From assembly GCA_038887515.1 (NCBI GenBank), contig JAWAKK010000001.1, positions 480,001 to 544,000 on the forward strand: a stretch of DNA of 64,000 nt, read 5' to 3'. Below are positions 22,111 to 32,233 of this stretch, piece by piece. Within the stretch, counting starts at the first letter, position 1; every line of letters begins with the position of its first letter. The stretch comes from Candidatus Nezhaarchaeales archaeon. GTDB taxonomy: Archaea > Thermoproteota > Methanomethylicia > Nezhaarchaeales > WYZ-LMO8. Made by a program: the position numbers and the translations under genes. A model generated the notes under the pieces. It saw only the letters and a program-made list of their open reading frames with translations, had not been told where the DNA came from and ran no database searches.

Positions 22111-23340
22111 TTATTGACGAGAGAGAAGTAAGTCTAGCCTCCTCTTAACCGACTCTATGAACTGCTCAGTCGTCAGAACTGCTTTTACTGGTCCTTCGCA
22201 CACATTAGCTATATCTTGAGTAACCATTCCGTCCTCTATTGTAGTCTTTGTTGCCACCTCAAGCATATCCGCGAATTTGACGAGGTCGTCGAGCTTATCC
22301 TTCTGGCCCCTCATCTTCAAAGCTCTAGACCACGCATATATTATCGCTGTAGGGTTTGTGGAAGTCTTCTCACCCTTGAGGTATCGATAGTAGTGTCGCT
22401 GAACAGTTCCATGGGCTGCCTCCGACATGTAATATCCTTCAGGGGACATGAGCTCAGAGGTCATCATGGCGAGACTCCCCGAAAAAGCTGACGCGACCAT
22501 GTCAGAGAGCACGTCTCCATCGTAGTTCTTAGCTGCCCACACGAAGCCTCCTTCAGACCTAACAGCCCTAGAGTAGGCATCGTCTATTAAGTAGTACTCA
22601 TACTTTAACCCCTTTTTCTCAAAGTCTTCCTTGAATTCCTTATCGTAGACCTCGTTAAATATTTCTTTGAACCTAGTATCGTAGACTTTTGATATTGTTT
22701 CTTTAGTAGCGAACCAAACATTTAGGTTATTGATTAAGGCGTACTTGAAAACTGACTTAGCGAAGGACTCTATCGACTTATCTAGGTTATAGTATGCTTG
22801 CAAAACCCCGGAGCCTGCAAGTTTAGGTAATTTAACTCTCGTCTCCTTGCCAGATACAGATATAAACACTACTTCAGCCTCGCCAGGCTCTCCAAATCTT
22901 AACCCGACACCCGAGTATATATCGCCAAAAGCGTGACGTGCAACAACTATAGGTTTCTTCCAGAACCTAACTGCTGGCGCAATATTTTTGACCATTATTG
23001 GAGCTCTAAATATGGTTCCGTCCAGCATCTCTCTTATCGTGGCATTAGGGCTCTTCCACTCCTTCTTCAAGTTGTACTCCTTAACTCTTTCTGCGTTTGG
23101 CGTAATTGTAGCACACTTGACGCCGACCCCCCATCTCTTGATCGCCTCGGCTGCTCTTATAGTGATTTCATCGTTAGTTTCATCTCTAACCTTCACGTGT
23201 AGGTCGTAATATTCAACTTTAAGCTCGATGTAGGGTTCAATTAGCTTCTCCTTGACCCAATGCCACAAAACCCTAGCCATTTCGTCTCCGTCTATTTCCA
23301 CTATGGGGTTTACCATCAGTATCCTTTCCATACCGGACAC
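22111..23340 (-). CDS. icd: NADP-dependent isocitrate dehydrogenase, type II (eukaryote/Thermotoga-like)
   Basis: VEIDGDEMAR, VKCATITPN, WKSPNATIR, ARHAFGDIY, KNYDGDVLSD, EAAHGTVQRHY, TSTNP. Confidence 0.93.
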   Translation of the reverse strand: MSGMERILMVNPIVEIDGDEMARVLWHWVKEKLIEPYIELKVEYYDLHVKVRDETNDEITIRAAEAIKRWGVGVKCATITPNAERVKEYNLKKEWKSPNATIREMLDGTIFRAPIMVKNIAPAVRFWKKPIVVARHAFGDIYSGVGLRFGEPGEAEVVFISVSGKETRVKLPKLAGSGVLQAYYNLDKSIESFAKSVFKYALINNLNVWFATKETISKVYDTRFKEIFNEVYDKEFKEDFEKKGLKYEYYLIDDAYSRAVRSEGGFVWAAKNYDGDVLSDMVASAFSGSLAMMTSELMSPEGYYMSEAAHGTVQRHYYRYLKGEKTSTNPTAIIYAWSRALKMRGQKDKLDDLVKFADMLEVATKTTIEDGMVTQDIANVCEGPVKAVLTTEQFIESVKRRLDLLLSRQ

Positions 23341-23592
23341 GCAACTAGAAGGTTGACGAGAACGAAGATATAAAGTTGATCACCTCCTCAAACCTCAACT
23401 AGAGAAGGCTTAGCGAGGTTCCTCATATTATACGCAAACGGTATGATATGAGGCATTTAAATCGCATTAAGCATAGATGGTTTTACAACGCCATTGACTT
23501 TAAATTCCTAAGCATTCTAGTTAAGATGTTTTACTACGAGAGAGGGACGAGAAATCCTTAAACCTTAGTCTAAATGTTTGTGATCGGTCAAG

Positions 23593-24735
23593 ATGATCTC
23601 ATATAACTGGCGACTTAACATTGCAACTATGTTATTCTTCACGTTCGTTCAAGTGGTGGTTCCGCTTATACCAAGATACGCGGTATCCATAGGTATGCAG
23701 CCATTCATTATAGGTGTAGCGACGTCAAGCGTCTCTATTTCTGCCATATTGTCTAGGCCTATCGGAGGAATTTTGAGCGATAGGGGGTCTAGGAGGAATC
23801 TTATGGTCGCCGGGGTCGCATTAGTCTCTACATCCTATGTATTACTTTCACTTTCAAGAGACGTGAGCACGATAGTAGCTTCAAGAATCCTCGAAGGGGT
23901 AGCGGTAGCGTTGTTCGTTCCCTCGTCTATCGCCAGCGCAATAGACTACGCTCCTGAAGGAAGGGTAGGCGAGGCTCTAGGCTGGAGAAGCCTAACTATA
24001 GGGGTAGGCTTCTCGCTTGGACCTGCCCTAGGAGGATTTATGTCAGAGGTTTTTGGCTACAACGATACCTTTATGCTTGCAGCAGTTCTCGTGCTTATTA
24101 CGATCCCCCTTGTGGCGTCATGCAAGGAAAAGGTCCGCATACACAATACGAAGACTACTAGGATGTATTTAATTGAGTTAAGAAGACCTCACTTCATACT
24201 CGCTCTCACGAGTTTAATAATTTATTCGTTGGCGTGGACTGGGCTCCTTACATTTTTATCTGCATACCTAAAGATTCAAGGTTTTGGAGATATAGAAATA
24301 GGGCTCTTCATGGCCATTCAGGCCGCGGTTAGCCTAGTATTTAGGGTCTTTGCTGGAAGGTTCTCTGACGTGAAACCTTATTTAGCAACTACTATAGGGC
24401 TCTTCGTGATATCGGCATCTTTCTCCGCCATATACTTCTTTGAGGAACCTCCACTACTCTACATAGCATCGCTCGTGTATGGCCTAGGTGTAGGCATATA
24501 TGTTCCGGCATCTCAAACGCTTGCCTTAGCAAAAGCATCAGCAGAAAGTAGAGGTCTTCTTTCAAGCATATATACTATGGGCTTGGATCTAGGAAATTTA
24601 AGTGGTCCTACGTTTTTCGGGTTTCTTATCGAGAGCTTCAAGAGCTTCAACATAGTTTTCTTGGTGGCCCCATTCTTACCATTCATGTCAGCCTTAACGT
24701 TACTACTACACGCAATTAAGAATGAGTTGCGATGA
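23593..24735 (+). CDS. MFS transporter
   Basis: 12-TM pattern, GGILSDRGSRR motif A. Confidence 0.9.
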   Translation: MISYNWRLNIATMLFFTFVQVVVPLIPRYAVSIGMQPFIIGVATSSVSISAILSRPIGGILSDRGSRRNLMVAGVALVSTSYVLLSLSRDVSTIVASRILEGVAVALFVPSSIASAIDYAPEGRVGEALGWRSLTIGVGFSLGPALGGFMSEVFGYNDTFMLAAVLVLITIPLVASCKEKVRIHNTKTTRMYLIELRRPHFILALTSLIIYSLAWTGLLTFLSAYLKIQGFGDIEIGLFMAIQAAVSLVFRVFAGRFSDVKPYLATTIGLFVISASFSAIYFFEEPPLLYIASLVYGLGVGIYVPASQTLALAKASAESRGLLSSIYTMGLDLGNLSGPTFFGFLIESFKSFNIVFLVAPFLPFMSALTLLLHAIKNELR

Positions 24736-24847
24736 AGCCTTGAATGACTAAGCCACTTAAAAAGTATTAAAAACAAGCTCTTTACAATAGACTTCAACAG
24801 TAAAGAAAGGTTCTTAAAGCAGTTGAATCGATGTATTGGCGTAGCAC

Positions 24848-24913
24848 CTACTTAGACTTAGGAGCTTTTTCTTCCTTCTTCTCTCCTTTCTTCTCCTTCT
24901 TAGCCTTGCACAT
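24848..24913 (-). CDS. 21-aa lysine-rich small peptide
   Basis: MCKAKKEKKGEKKEEKAPKSK*. RBS AGGCGG just upstream of the ATG and a TTTTATAT box about 35-45 nt upstream. Confidence 0.55.
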   Translation of the reverse strand: MCKAKKEKKGEKKEEKAPKSK

Positions 24914-25163
24914 ACAGACCGCCTAAGAAGATTTTGATAGCGCTAGGAAATATAAAATTAGCTAAGTGAAGGCGACAATCGTGTGCTCTAAGCTTAAAAT
25001 TTAAGCGATAAGGAGGGGTGAGGGGTTCACTTTAACGTGTAAGCTACATAAGTTAGATGCATAATTTTCATGTAGGCCTTGCAAGTAGTTGCGTTGCTTT
25101 CTTAACTCATGTATTTTGTCAAGAAGAATAAACTATCTACTTCCTATGAACTCAGCAGGTTTG

Positions 25164-25994
25164 CTATGCTCTGAAGTAATTGAAAGCCTCACTTAGGCTT
25201 GATACCTCCACGACGTTTATACTATAACCTTGTGACCTTAGGTACTCTTCAACGTTAACCATTTGAGGTCTATAGTACCTTAGCGTTAATGGGCCAACCC
25301 TCCTCTCGGTAACCACATATATAGTATCTTCGCTTTGGCCCGGAGGAACGAGGAATATTTTTGCTCCCGCTTTAGCTGCGGCTTCAGCCTTGTATAATAT
25401 CCCGCCAACCTGTCCTATAGCCCCGTTCTCATCTATTGTCCCCGTTAATACAACGTCGCCCCTTATAGGAACCCCAAGTAGGAGGGATGATGCTAGGACC
25501 GCTACTGCAGCCCCAGCAGATGGGCCGTCAACGATGTATATGCTTTCGTTGCTTACCACTCTTAGCATTAAGTCTAGGTCAGAAGCGTTTACACCAGTAA
25601 ACTTTTGAGCTGCCCTAAAGGCTGTTTCCGCAGCTTCTTGAAGCTCTATGCCTATCTTAGGAGATGTCGAGACGTAAACTTGACCCTCGCCCTCTATTAG
25701 AGCCCCTTGGAGGGTCATAACCACACCTCTATATTCTCCTCCGACTACTCCAACTATACGAATTGATGTTACATTGTGTAAATAAATTAGCCCGGTACCG
25801 CCAACCCCCTTGCCGCCAGTAACACTCTCACCGCTTTCAACTCCCGTAGAAACGCTACTTGTAGGCAGTTTAAGCTCGTAAAGCAACATGTAGGAAAGAA
25901 CGCCGTTAAGCGCTAGGCTAGCAATTAGTATACATACCAATACGTAAACCTTGGTGGAGGCCTTTTTATTGCTTAAGACATCGACGGTAACCAT
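25164..25994 (-). CDS. Membrane-anchored S16 (Lon-type Ser-Lys) protease lacking AAA+ domain
   Basis: N-terminal TM, VDGPSAGAA, LTGTIDENGAIGQVGGILYKAEAA. Confidence 0.88.
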   Translation of the reverse strand: MVTVDVLSNKKASTKVYVLVCILIASLALNGVLSYMLLYELKLPTSSVSTGVESGESVTGGKGVGGTGLIYLHNVTSIRIVGVVGGEYRGVVMTLQGALIEGEGQVYVSTSPKIGIELQEAAETAFRAAQKFTGVNASDLDLMLRVVSNESIYIVDGPSAGAAVAVLASSLLLGVPIRGDVVLTGTIDENGAIGQVGGILYKAEAAAKAGAKIFLVPPGQSEDTIYVVTERRVGPLTLRYYRPQMVNVEEYLRSQGYSINVVEVSSLSEAFNYFRA

Positions 25995-26311
25995 TAAGAT
26001 ACCCTCTAAGGCGGAGAGGGAGAAGAGGTATTATAAACTTTGTTCTCCTGAGAGGTATTCGCTCTAGGTATCAATTAAAAAAATTCTTAAAGTAGACGGG
26101 GTGAAGAACTTATTGAGCTTGCTCCTCGTAAAGCTATACCGTGAGCTCTTAGTTCAGCAACGGCTATTCAACAAGACTAGTTTACCGTTAACGTAATTGA
26201 ACACCGCGTTTTTGGCTTAAAGCTCATATGTTTTAGCCCCATAAATTGGCCTTACTTAGCCAGAGAGCTTATAAGCTTCTATGGTCTAATCAATTATCGA
26301 GGTTATGAAAG

Positions 26312-26608
26312 ATGTCCCTTCCACCTGAAGTCTCTTGGGTCGTACCTATAATTGCTCCATTCATCATAGGTCTATTAGTGGGGATAGTCATGAAGAAGGC
26401 TTTTAAGCTTGCCTTGGCTCTGTTAGCGTTAATAATAGTACTAGGAGTTTTTGGATACATAACCCTTCCAAGCATAAAAGACGTTATCGAGACTTCCATG
26501 GCCGTACTACCAAAGTTTCAAGAAAAACTTGGACCCCTAATCAATTTGCTGCCATATTCATCAATTATGTTCATAGCAGGATTAATAATAGGGCTGTGGA
26601 AAGGTTGA
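26312..26608 (+). CDS. Small membrane protein (FUN14-like)
   Basis: PFIIGLLVGIVMKKAFKLAL...FIAGLIIGLWKG. Confidence 0.7.
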   Translation: MSLPPEVSWVVPIIAPFIIGLLVGIVMKKAFKLALALLALIIVLGVFGYITLPSIKDVIETSMAVLPKFQEKLGPLINLLPYSSIMFIAGLIIGLWKG

Positions 26609-26674
26609 AGCGCGTCTGATAAACCTAGAAGAATCTTTCATTCTCCGTCTTTGTCTACCTACGACTATGATATC

Positions 26675-26700
26675 TTGTAGTTTTTACGTAAAAACTACAA
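26675..26700. repeat. 26-bp perfect palindrome
   Basis: ttgtagtttttac|gtaaaaactacaa. Confidence 0.85.
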
Positions 26701-27135
26701 TTCTACACTCCTTTTGTAACAATAAAATTCAATTTCATAGTACGCAATATTTTCTCTCGCATTCTCCATCACCTCTTTTATTTGGTTGTTTAAACTTTTC
26801 CTACAGTTATCTACTTGGTTTCTACAGTTCAACCTAGGTTTGCCGTGAGAAGCCTTTACTCCTGATTCATCGAACAGAAGATCATAATAGTATTAATAAT
26901 AATATCTTAACTCTTACCTAAAGCCTTATTAAGGTCCTCAAGAGAGGCATTGACACTTCTTAAAGCTACTCTAAAGCCCCTTCCAGTATTACGAGCAGCA
27001 AAACCTTCAGTTATAGGTATTACGATAAAAATGGGACTTGAAACTTTAACCGCTGTTAGCCCTATTTTTTCCATTCAACTTTTTAACATACATTTTTATT
27101 AGTGCTAACCCCTTGAAAGGTCAAGGGGATGTCAC

Positions 27136-27789
27136 TTGTCTAAGATTGAGAGGTTCGCTAAGAGATGGGATAGACAGTTGAAGGAGCCAACGTCGTCCAA
27201 AGTGAAAACTTTGTTCTTCCCCGACGTCCCTCTAAAGTATAAGATAGACCTAGCGATAAGTAAAATGAAAATACAAGTAGATAAACTCGATCAAGTAAGT
27301 GCAAGACTCATGAACAGAGATAAGGAAATCTTCGAGAAGGTTGTCGACGCATACATGAAGCATGATACCGAAAGAGCTACCCTCTATGCAAATGAGCTCG
27401 CCGAGTTAAGAAAGATGAGTAAAATTATACTGTACAGTAAATTGTCGCTCGAAAAGGTTCTCTTAAGGCTTGGGACTATAAAGGATGTCGGTGAGCTCCT
27501 AATTGCGGTGGCACCAGCTGTAGGTGTTGTAAGGGCAATTAAGAGTAGTCTGTCGGGGCTACTACCTGACGCAGAACAAGAGCTAAGAGAGTTGGGCGAC
27601 GTTCTTAACGGGCTAGTTACAGAAATAGGCGAAACGACAGGACAATCGCCAGTACTAGAGGCTACTGAAGAGGCTCAGAAGATCTTGGAAGAAGCAATGA
27701 TGATGGCTGAACAGAAAATGAGAGAGAAGTTACCTGAAATACCAACTTCAGGGGTAGCATCCTCAGATAAACAGAAGACCATCAAGTAG
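27136..27789 (+). CDS. cdvB: ESCRT-III/Snf7 family CdvB paralogue
   Basis: RDKEIFEKVVDA...RATLYANELAELRKM, LEKVLLRLGT, EAQKILEEA, C-terminal LPEIP (MIM2-like). No wH extension. Confidence 0.85.
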   Translation: MSKIERFAKRWDRQLKEPTSSKVKTLFFPDVPLKYKIDLAISKMKIQVDKLDQVSARLMNRDKEIFEKVVDAYMKHDTERATLYANELAELRKMSKIILYSKLSLEKVLLRLGTIKDVGELLIAVAPAVGVVRAIKSSLSGLLPDAEQELRELGDVLNGLVTEIGETTGQSPVLEATEEAQKILEEAMMMAEQKMREKLPEIPTSGVASSDKQKTIK

Positions 27790-27917
27790 GGGTTGAGCGG
27801 TTTAAATCCAAGATCGACCTACAAAATACTGATATCCTTAGAATTTTTTACAACGTTTTAGAAAGTTTAGCGAACAGTGCTAGTAAGGAATAACTTGCAA
27901 TGATTATACCTTTATCG

Positions 27918-28895
27918 CTACATCCTTCCTTTAAAGGAGCCTTCTAAGAAGGCCTTGTAGAGTCTTATAGGTTTAGTCTCTCCTGGGTCCACTTTTCTTA
28001 GCTTTGCTAAAATAATTGATGAAAGGCCTACAATCCACGAACCAAATAGCATGGTCTCGAGGTAACCCGATTTGCCGACATCAATTATCTTAGGATCGTA
28101 GCCAAGTCCTCTAAAGTAATCAGCTGCAAAGTCTATTAGGGTGCTAGGACCGTCTTTAAAAAGTACTGGCCTCAACCAATCTCTCCGCATCTCCTCCCAC
28201 CCGACTATATCGTTATGCCCCCACTCTGGTAACACTTCAACCTTACACAAAACCTTCGAGTTTTCGTTAAACTCATTCTTAGCCCTAAGCCCCAGCGGGT
28301 AAAGGTCCTCTGTTACTACGAAAACAGGGAAGCGCGAGTACAACGAAGAAGCTAGCTCTTCCGAGACCTTGAGGGCTGTCTGATCTTTAAGTACCTCAAC
28401 TCCCCTCTCTACGTTCAAGTTTAGGTTCAACAGCGAGCCGAGTAATTTTACGGTCCCCGCAAGCAGTGCTGGCAATGCCGATCTTGGAACATGACCTTTC
28501 TCAACTGTGATACGCGGTATCTTCAGCTCTTCAGCTACTGCTAACAATTGCCCGCCGGAAGCAATTACTGAAGTCTTAGCCCCTCTTTTGACGACCTCGC
28601 GGAATGCAATTATAGTCTCTAAGGTCTCACCTGAGTAGCTCAGAGTTATAGCAAGCCAATTCTTACCAACACACTTTGGTGGGTAAAAGTTCTTAACCGT
28701 AATTATTGGAATTTCGATCGTCTTCTCTAAGTACTTCGAGACCATATCTCCGACTATTCCGGAGCCTCCCATACCGATAAAGGCGATGCCTCGAAGAGAA
28801 TTTAGATCTAAAGTCTCAGCATCCAGTACTTCGTTCCTCAGAGCTCTCTCGAGCTGAGAGCTCCAATTAAGGTAGTCTTCGAATAGGTAGTCCAT
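27918..28895 (-). CDS. Bifunctional phosphoglucose/phosphomannose isomerase (SIS)
   Basis: GMGGSGIVG, SYSGETLET, SGGQL, NENSK, PEWGHNDIVG. Confidence 0.9.
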   Translation of the reverse strand: MDYLFEDYLNWSSQLERALRNEVLDAETLDLNSLRGIAFIGMGGSGIVGDMVSKYLEKTIEIPIITVKNFYPPKCVGKNWLAITLSYSGETLETIIAFREVVKRGAKTSVIASGGQLLAVAEELKIPRITVEKGHVPRSALPALLAGTVKLLGSLLNLNLNVERGVEVLKDQTALKVSEELASSLYSRFPVFVVTEDLYPLGLRAKNEFNENSKVLCKVEVLPEWGHNDIVGWEEMRRDWLRPVLFKDGPSTLIDFAADYFRGLGYDPKIIDVGKSGYLETMLFGSWIVGLSSIILAKLRKVDPGETKPIRLYKAFLEGSFKGRM

Positions 28896-29124
28896 TCGCC
28901 TTACCTCTAAAAGTCATTCATATAGGCTCTATATCTATAAACGTAGCAGGACTTCAATAAGGAATTCCTCAAAAATGTCACTTGAACTATGAACGGCTCT
29001 CTAGCCCGTTACGCGATAGCCCTAGATGCTGTACAGGCTTTAACGGTCCTAAAGGTTCTTCAACATTAAAGCAGTAGGCATATCTTCAACACGAATACCT
29101 GTAGTATGTGTTTACTCTATTAAG

Positions 29125-30018
29125 TTAAACGAATGAGGACATGACCTCAGAAGCGAACTTCTTAGTCATATCTATATATTTCTCGGGTGGAGGCGTTGGG
29201 ACGAACTCGATTATGAAATATTGGCATCCAGCTTTCTGGTAGCTCTCTATGACATCAACGCATTCAGAAAAGTCTCTTATTATAAGCCCTATCATTAATA
29301 GGTAGCCAAATGTAAATTGACTCGGATCCCTTCCATACTTCTTCATGTACTCTTTAATTATCTTTACCCTCATCTCGTAGTCCTCTGGAGAGCGAACCCC
29401 ATGTGGGGATGGAGGGGGAACAGAATGAGGGAACCAGCCGTCAAAATACTTCGCGGTTAACATAAGGGCCCGTTTTCCTAAGCCCCCAGACCACAATGGT
29501 GGGTGAGGTCTTTGTATAGGTTTTGGTAGTAAAATCGCGTTTCTTAACTTATAGTACTTCCCCTCGAAGTTTACGTTATACTCGGTCCACAGTTTGAGTA
29601 TTAATTCTAAGCCTTCTACGAACCTCTCTAACCTCGTATCGACGTCTTCGAGCTTTGCTTGAGGAGAATAATTTACAAACTCACCTTCATAGAAGCCTAT
29701 TCCAAACCCGGCTATAACTCTACCCTTCGAGAGGTAGTCAACGTTAGCTATTACCTTAGCAAGTTGACTGGGGATCCATCTAGGTATCGGATTCACAATG
29801 CTTCCAAGCCTTATCTTGTTGGTCTTAGCTGCTACGTAAGCTAGAGTGGTCCAGCAGTCTACTAATTCGTTTGATGGAAATGGAGGAACTGGAAGCTCGT
29901 AGTGGTCCGGTATGACTATAGAGTCGAAGCCTAGATCTTCAACCGTTATACACCAATCTGCAAACTTACTTACATCGCTCCAAGGATGTGGTGATGGATT
30001 TATACCGAAGCGTAGCAT
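29125..30018 (-). CDS. LLM-class (probably F420-dependent) oxidoreductase
   Basis: GFDSIVIPDH, TNKIRLGS, SKGRVIAGFG, PKPIQRPHPPLW. Confidence 0.9.
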   Translation of the reverse strand: MLRFGINPSPHPWSDVSKFADWCITVEDLGFDSIVIPDHYELPVPPFPSNELVDCWTTLAYVAAKTNKIRLGSIVNPIPRWIPSQLAKVIANVDYLSKGRVIAGFGIGFYEGEFVNYSPQAKLEDVDTRLERFVEGLELILKLWTEYNVNFEGKYYKLRNAILLPKPIQRPHPPLWSGGLGKRALMLTAKYFDGWFPHSVPPPSPHGVRSPEDYEMRVKIIKEYMKKYGRDPSQFTFGYLLMIGLIIRDFSECVDVIESYQKAGCQYFIIEFVPTPPPEKYIDMTKKFASEVMSSFV

Positions 30019-30090
30019 GACTTAAACTCTCCAACGTTTAGTTATAAGCTTTAAGTACCGTTTAGCATAGCACATGGAGGTTACTCTACC

Positions 30091-31374
30091 TCAGAAGTTA
30101 GGGCGTATGAATATTAAGTAATGCAGCACCTCTCCAACAAGTATCGCCGCTACTGTGTAGGGCACTCCAAACCTCATGAACTCTACGAAAGAGACTTTAA
30201 ATCCCTTCTTCTCTAGTAAGCCAACGGCTATAGCGTTTGCCGACGCCCCTATGTAAGTGCAATTTCCACCTAAGCTTCCTCCTATGAGGAGGGCCCACAT
30301 GAGGGTGTGGACATCCATGGATGAAGTCGTTGATAACTTCATCACTACCGGTATCATGGCAGCGAAGTACGGTATGTTGTCTATGAAGGCGGAGAAAAGT
30401 ACTGAAATCCATATGATGGTAGTTGAAGCTACCATGATGTCGGACTTGCATAAACCACAGAGCATTGATGCTACCGCATCTATGAAGCCCGTTTCAGCTA
30501 ATCCACCAACCATCAATAGAACGGAGGCCACGAATACTGTTGACTTCCAGTCAATCCCTTTAATCACTTTTTTAAGTGATCTGTCTCGCGGGGCTCTTAA
30601 AGCTAAAAGTATTAAAGCCCCCATGATTGGGGGGAACCATAGGGGTATTCCGTAGATATTTCTGATACTCAAAAGTGCAATTACAACAGCTAAAACCCCG
30701 ATGGCTTCTACGAGTAAGGCCTTATCCTTTATAGGTTCAAGTTCGATACTGAAGCTTGACGAGCGTGAATTCTTAAGGTACTTCTTAGCCGTAATCGTTA
30801 GTGTTAGAGCAGCTACTGGGCATGAAGCCATTATCATGAAAAATATGCTAGGCTTTCCCTCAAATACTATGAAGTCTAAGAAACTCATGTTTAAGGCGGA
30901 CGCAACCATCATGCTTGGCGGGTCTCCAATCATGAGGGCTGCACCCACTAAGTTAGAGCCCAACGCGACGCCGATTACGTACGGTACGGCACTAACTTCA
31001 AAAGCTCTTGCAAGACTAATTGCTATTGGAGCAAGGAGCAGGGTCGTCGAGACGTTGTCTAAAATAGCTGAGATTAGAGAGCCCAAGAGGACTAGGGTTA
31101 TCAGAGCATGCATTGACCTAAATCCAGTAATCTTCACTATCTTCGATGAAATCCAACCTGCAAGGCCTGACATCTCTAGGTAGTAAGTTATTATCGACAT
31201 TCCTACCAGTAGTCCTACAACGTTTACGTCTAAGTACTTTGGAGCCTTGTCCAAGGGCAGTATACCAACAGCTATAAGGGTTGCTATTGAAACTAAACCT
31301 ATGTAGACCCTATGCACCTTACCCCACACGATGAGCACTACTGATATCGCAAAGATAGCGACTGCAATTATCAT
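30091..31374 (-). CDS. ArsB/NhaD (SLC13-like) ion permease
   Basis: SAILDNVSTT, IGDPPS, SAFIDNIPY, GGNCTYIGASAN. Confidence 0.9.
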   Translation of the reverse strand: MIIAVAIFAISVVLIVWGKVHRVYIGLVSIATLIAVGILPLDKAPKYLDVNVVGLLVGMSIITYYLEMSGLAGWISSKIVKITGFRSMHALITLVLLGSLISAILDNVSTTLLLAPIAISLARAFEVSAVPYVIGVALGSNLVGAALMIGDPPSMMVASALNMSFLDFIVFEGKPSIFFMIMASCPVAALTLTITAKKYLKNSRSSSFSIELEPIKDKALLVEAIGVLAVVIALLSIRNIYGIPLWFPPIMGALILLALRAPRDRSLKKVIKGIDWKSTVFVASVLLMVGGLAETGFIDAVASMLCGLCKSDIMVASTTIIWISVLFSAFIDNIPYFAAMIPVVMKLSTTSSMDVHTLMWALLIGGSLGGNCTYIGASANAIAVGLLEKKGFKVSFVEFMRFGVPYTVAAILVGEVLHYLIFIRPNF

Positions 31375-31599
31375 ATCGCTCAGCGTTGTCAGTACCCCCT
31401 GACTGGTACGGTCTAGCCGCTTTCTTAAAACCTCGTAGCCGGAAACTTATATTTCGACCCATCACTTCAAGTTCTAAGAATCGATATTTTGCCTACCTAC
31501 GTCATCGGGATCGTTGTAACAAAAGCTAATGAAGCTTCGAATATAGCCTCTACTTATGCTCAGAGGGTATGAAAAAGTGTGAGAAAAGAATATAGTTGC

Positions 31600-31968
31600 T
31601 TAAAGGGCCATGCCGCACACCGAACACTTGTATGTATCTCGCCTAACAGACCAATAAATTATTGCTGGGACTACACCTATTACCAGAACTAGTAGTAGAA
31701 ATGCTATTGATGTTGCTATCGCAACTGGGTATAGTGCTGAAATTAATGCTTCAAGGCCAAAGAGCTCTAAAGGGGTATCAGCAGTCATCGACCTTAAAAG
31801 TGAGGATAGGGCCAGCATGAAGAGTACGTTGAAGACCAGAAATATCAAGAAAGGTAGAAGCCCTATAACCATTAGCCCAGCAAATGTGAGACGAGAAAAG
31901 CGCTTCTTAGGCACGATCCTGCTGTGACAGTACGGGCACTCTATTTCAACCGTAGTCTGTCCGCTCAT
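31600..31968 (-). CDS. Zinc-knuckle/TM protein (LITAF-like architecture)
   Basis: CPYC, two hydrophobic helices, then YKCSVCG. Confidence 0.65.
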   Translation of the reverse strand: MSGQTTVEIECPYCHSRIVPKKRFSRLTFAGLMVIGLLPFLIFLVFNVLFMLALSSLLRSMTADTPLELFGLEALISALYPVAIATSIAFLLLVLVIGVVPAIIYWSVRRDTYKCSVCGMAL

Positions 31969-32233
31969 AGTTCACCTGCTAAAACAACGTATATGGTTTA
32001 TTGTTTAAAAAATTATCGATACCGTAGTGCTTGTAATGGAATAAAAAGCCAACACTAAGGCTGTTCTTTATGTACTCCGCTACCTACTATATTTCTACAA
32101 TTCAACGTCATGTCTTAAGCGCTTTCAATCCTTTAAAATTGAAGTTGAAATCGTAGGTTCAATGCGAATAAGCATATCATTGCGATTCTTGAGCTTCGAA
32201 TATTAATTAAGGTATTACCATAGAGCTACACGC

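Noticed and set aside
29040-29056. TAACGGTCCTAAAGG, resembling the 23S rRNA/I-CeuI site
   Set aside because: Short, imperfect and without flanking rRNA similarity or C/D boxes; likely chance.
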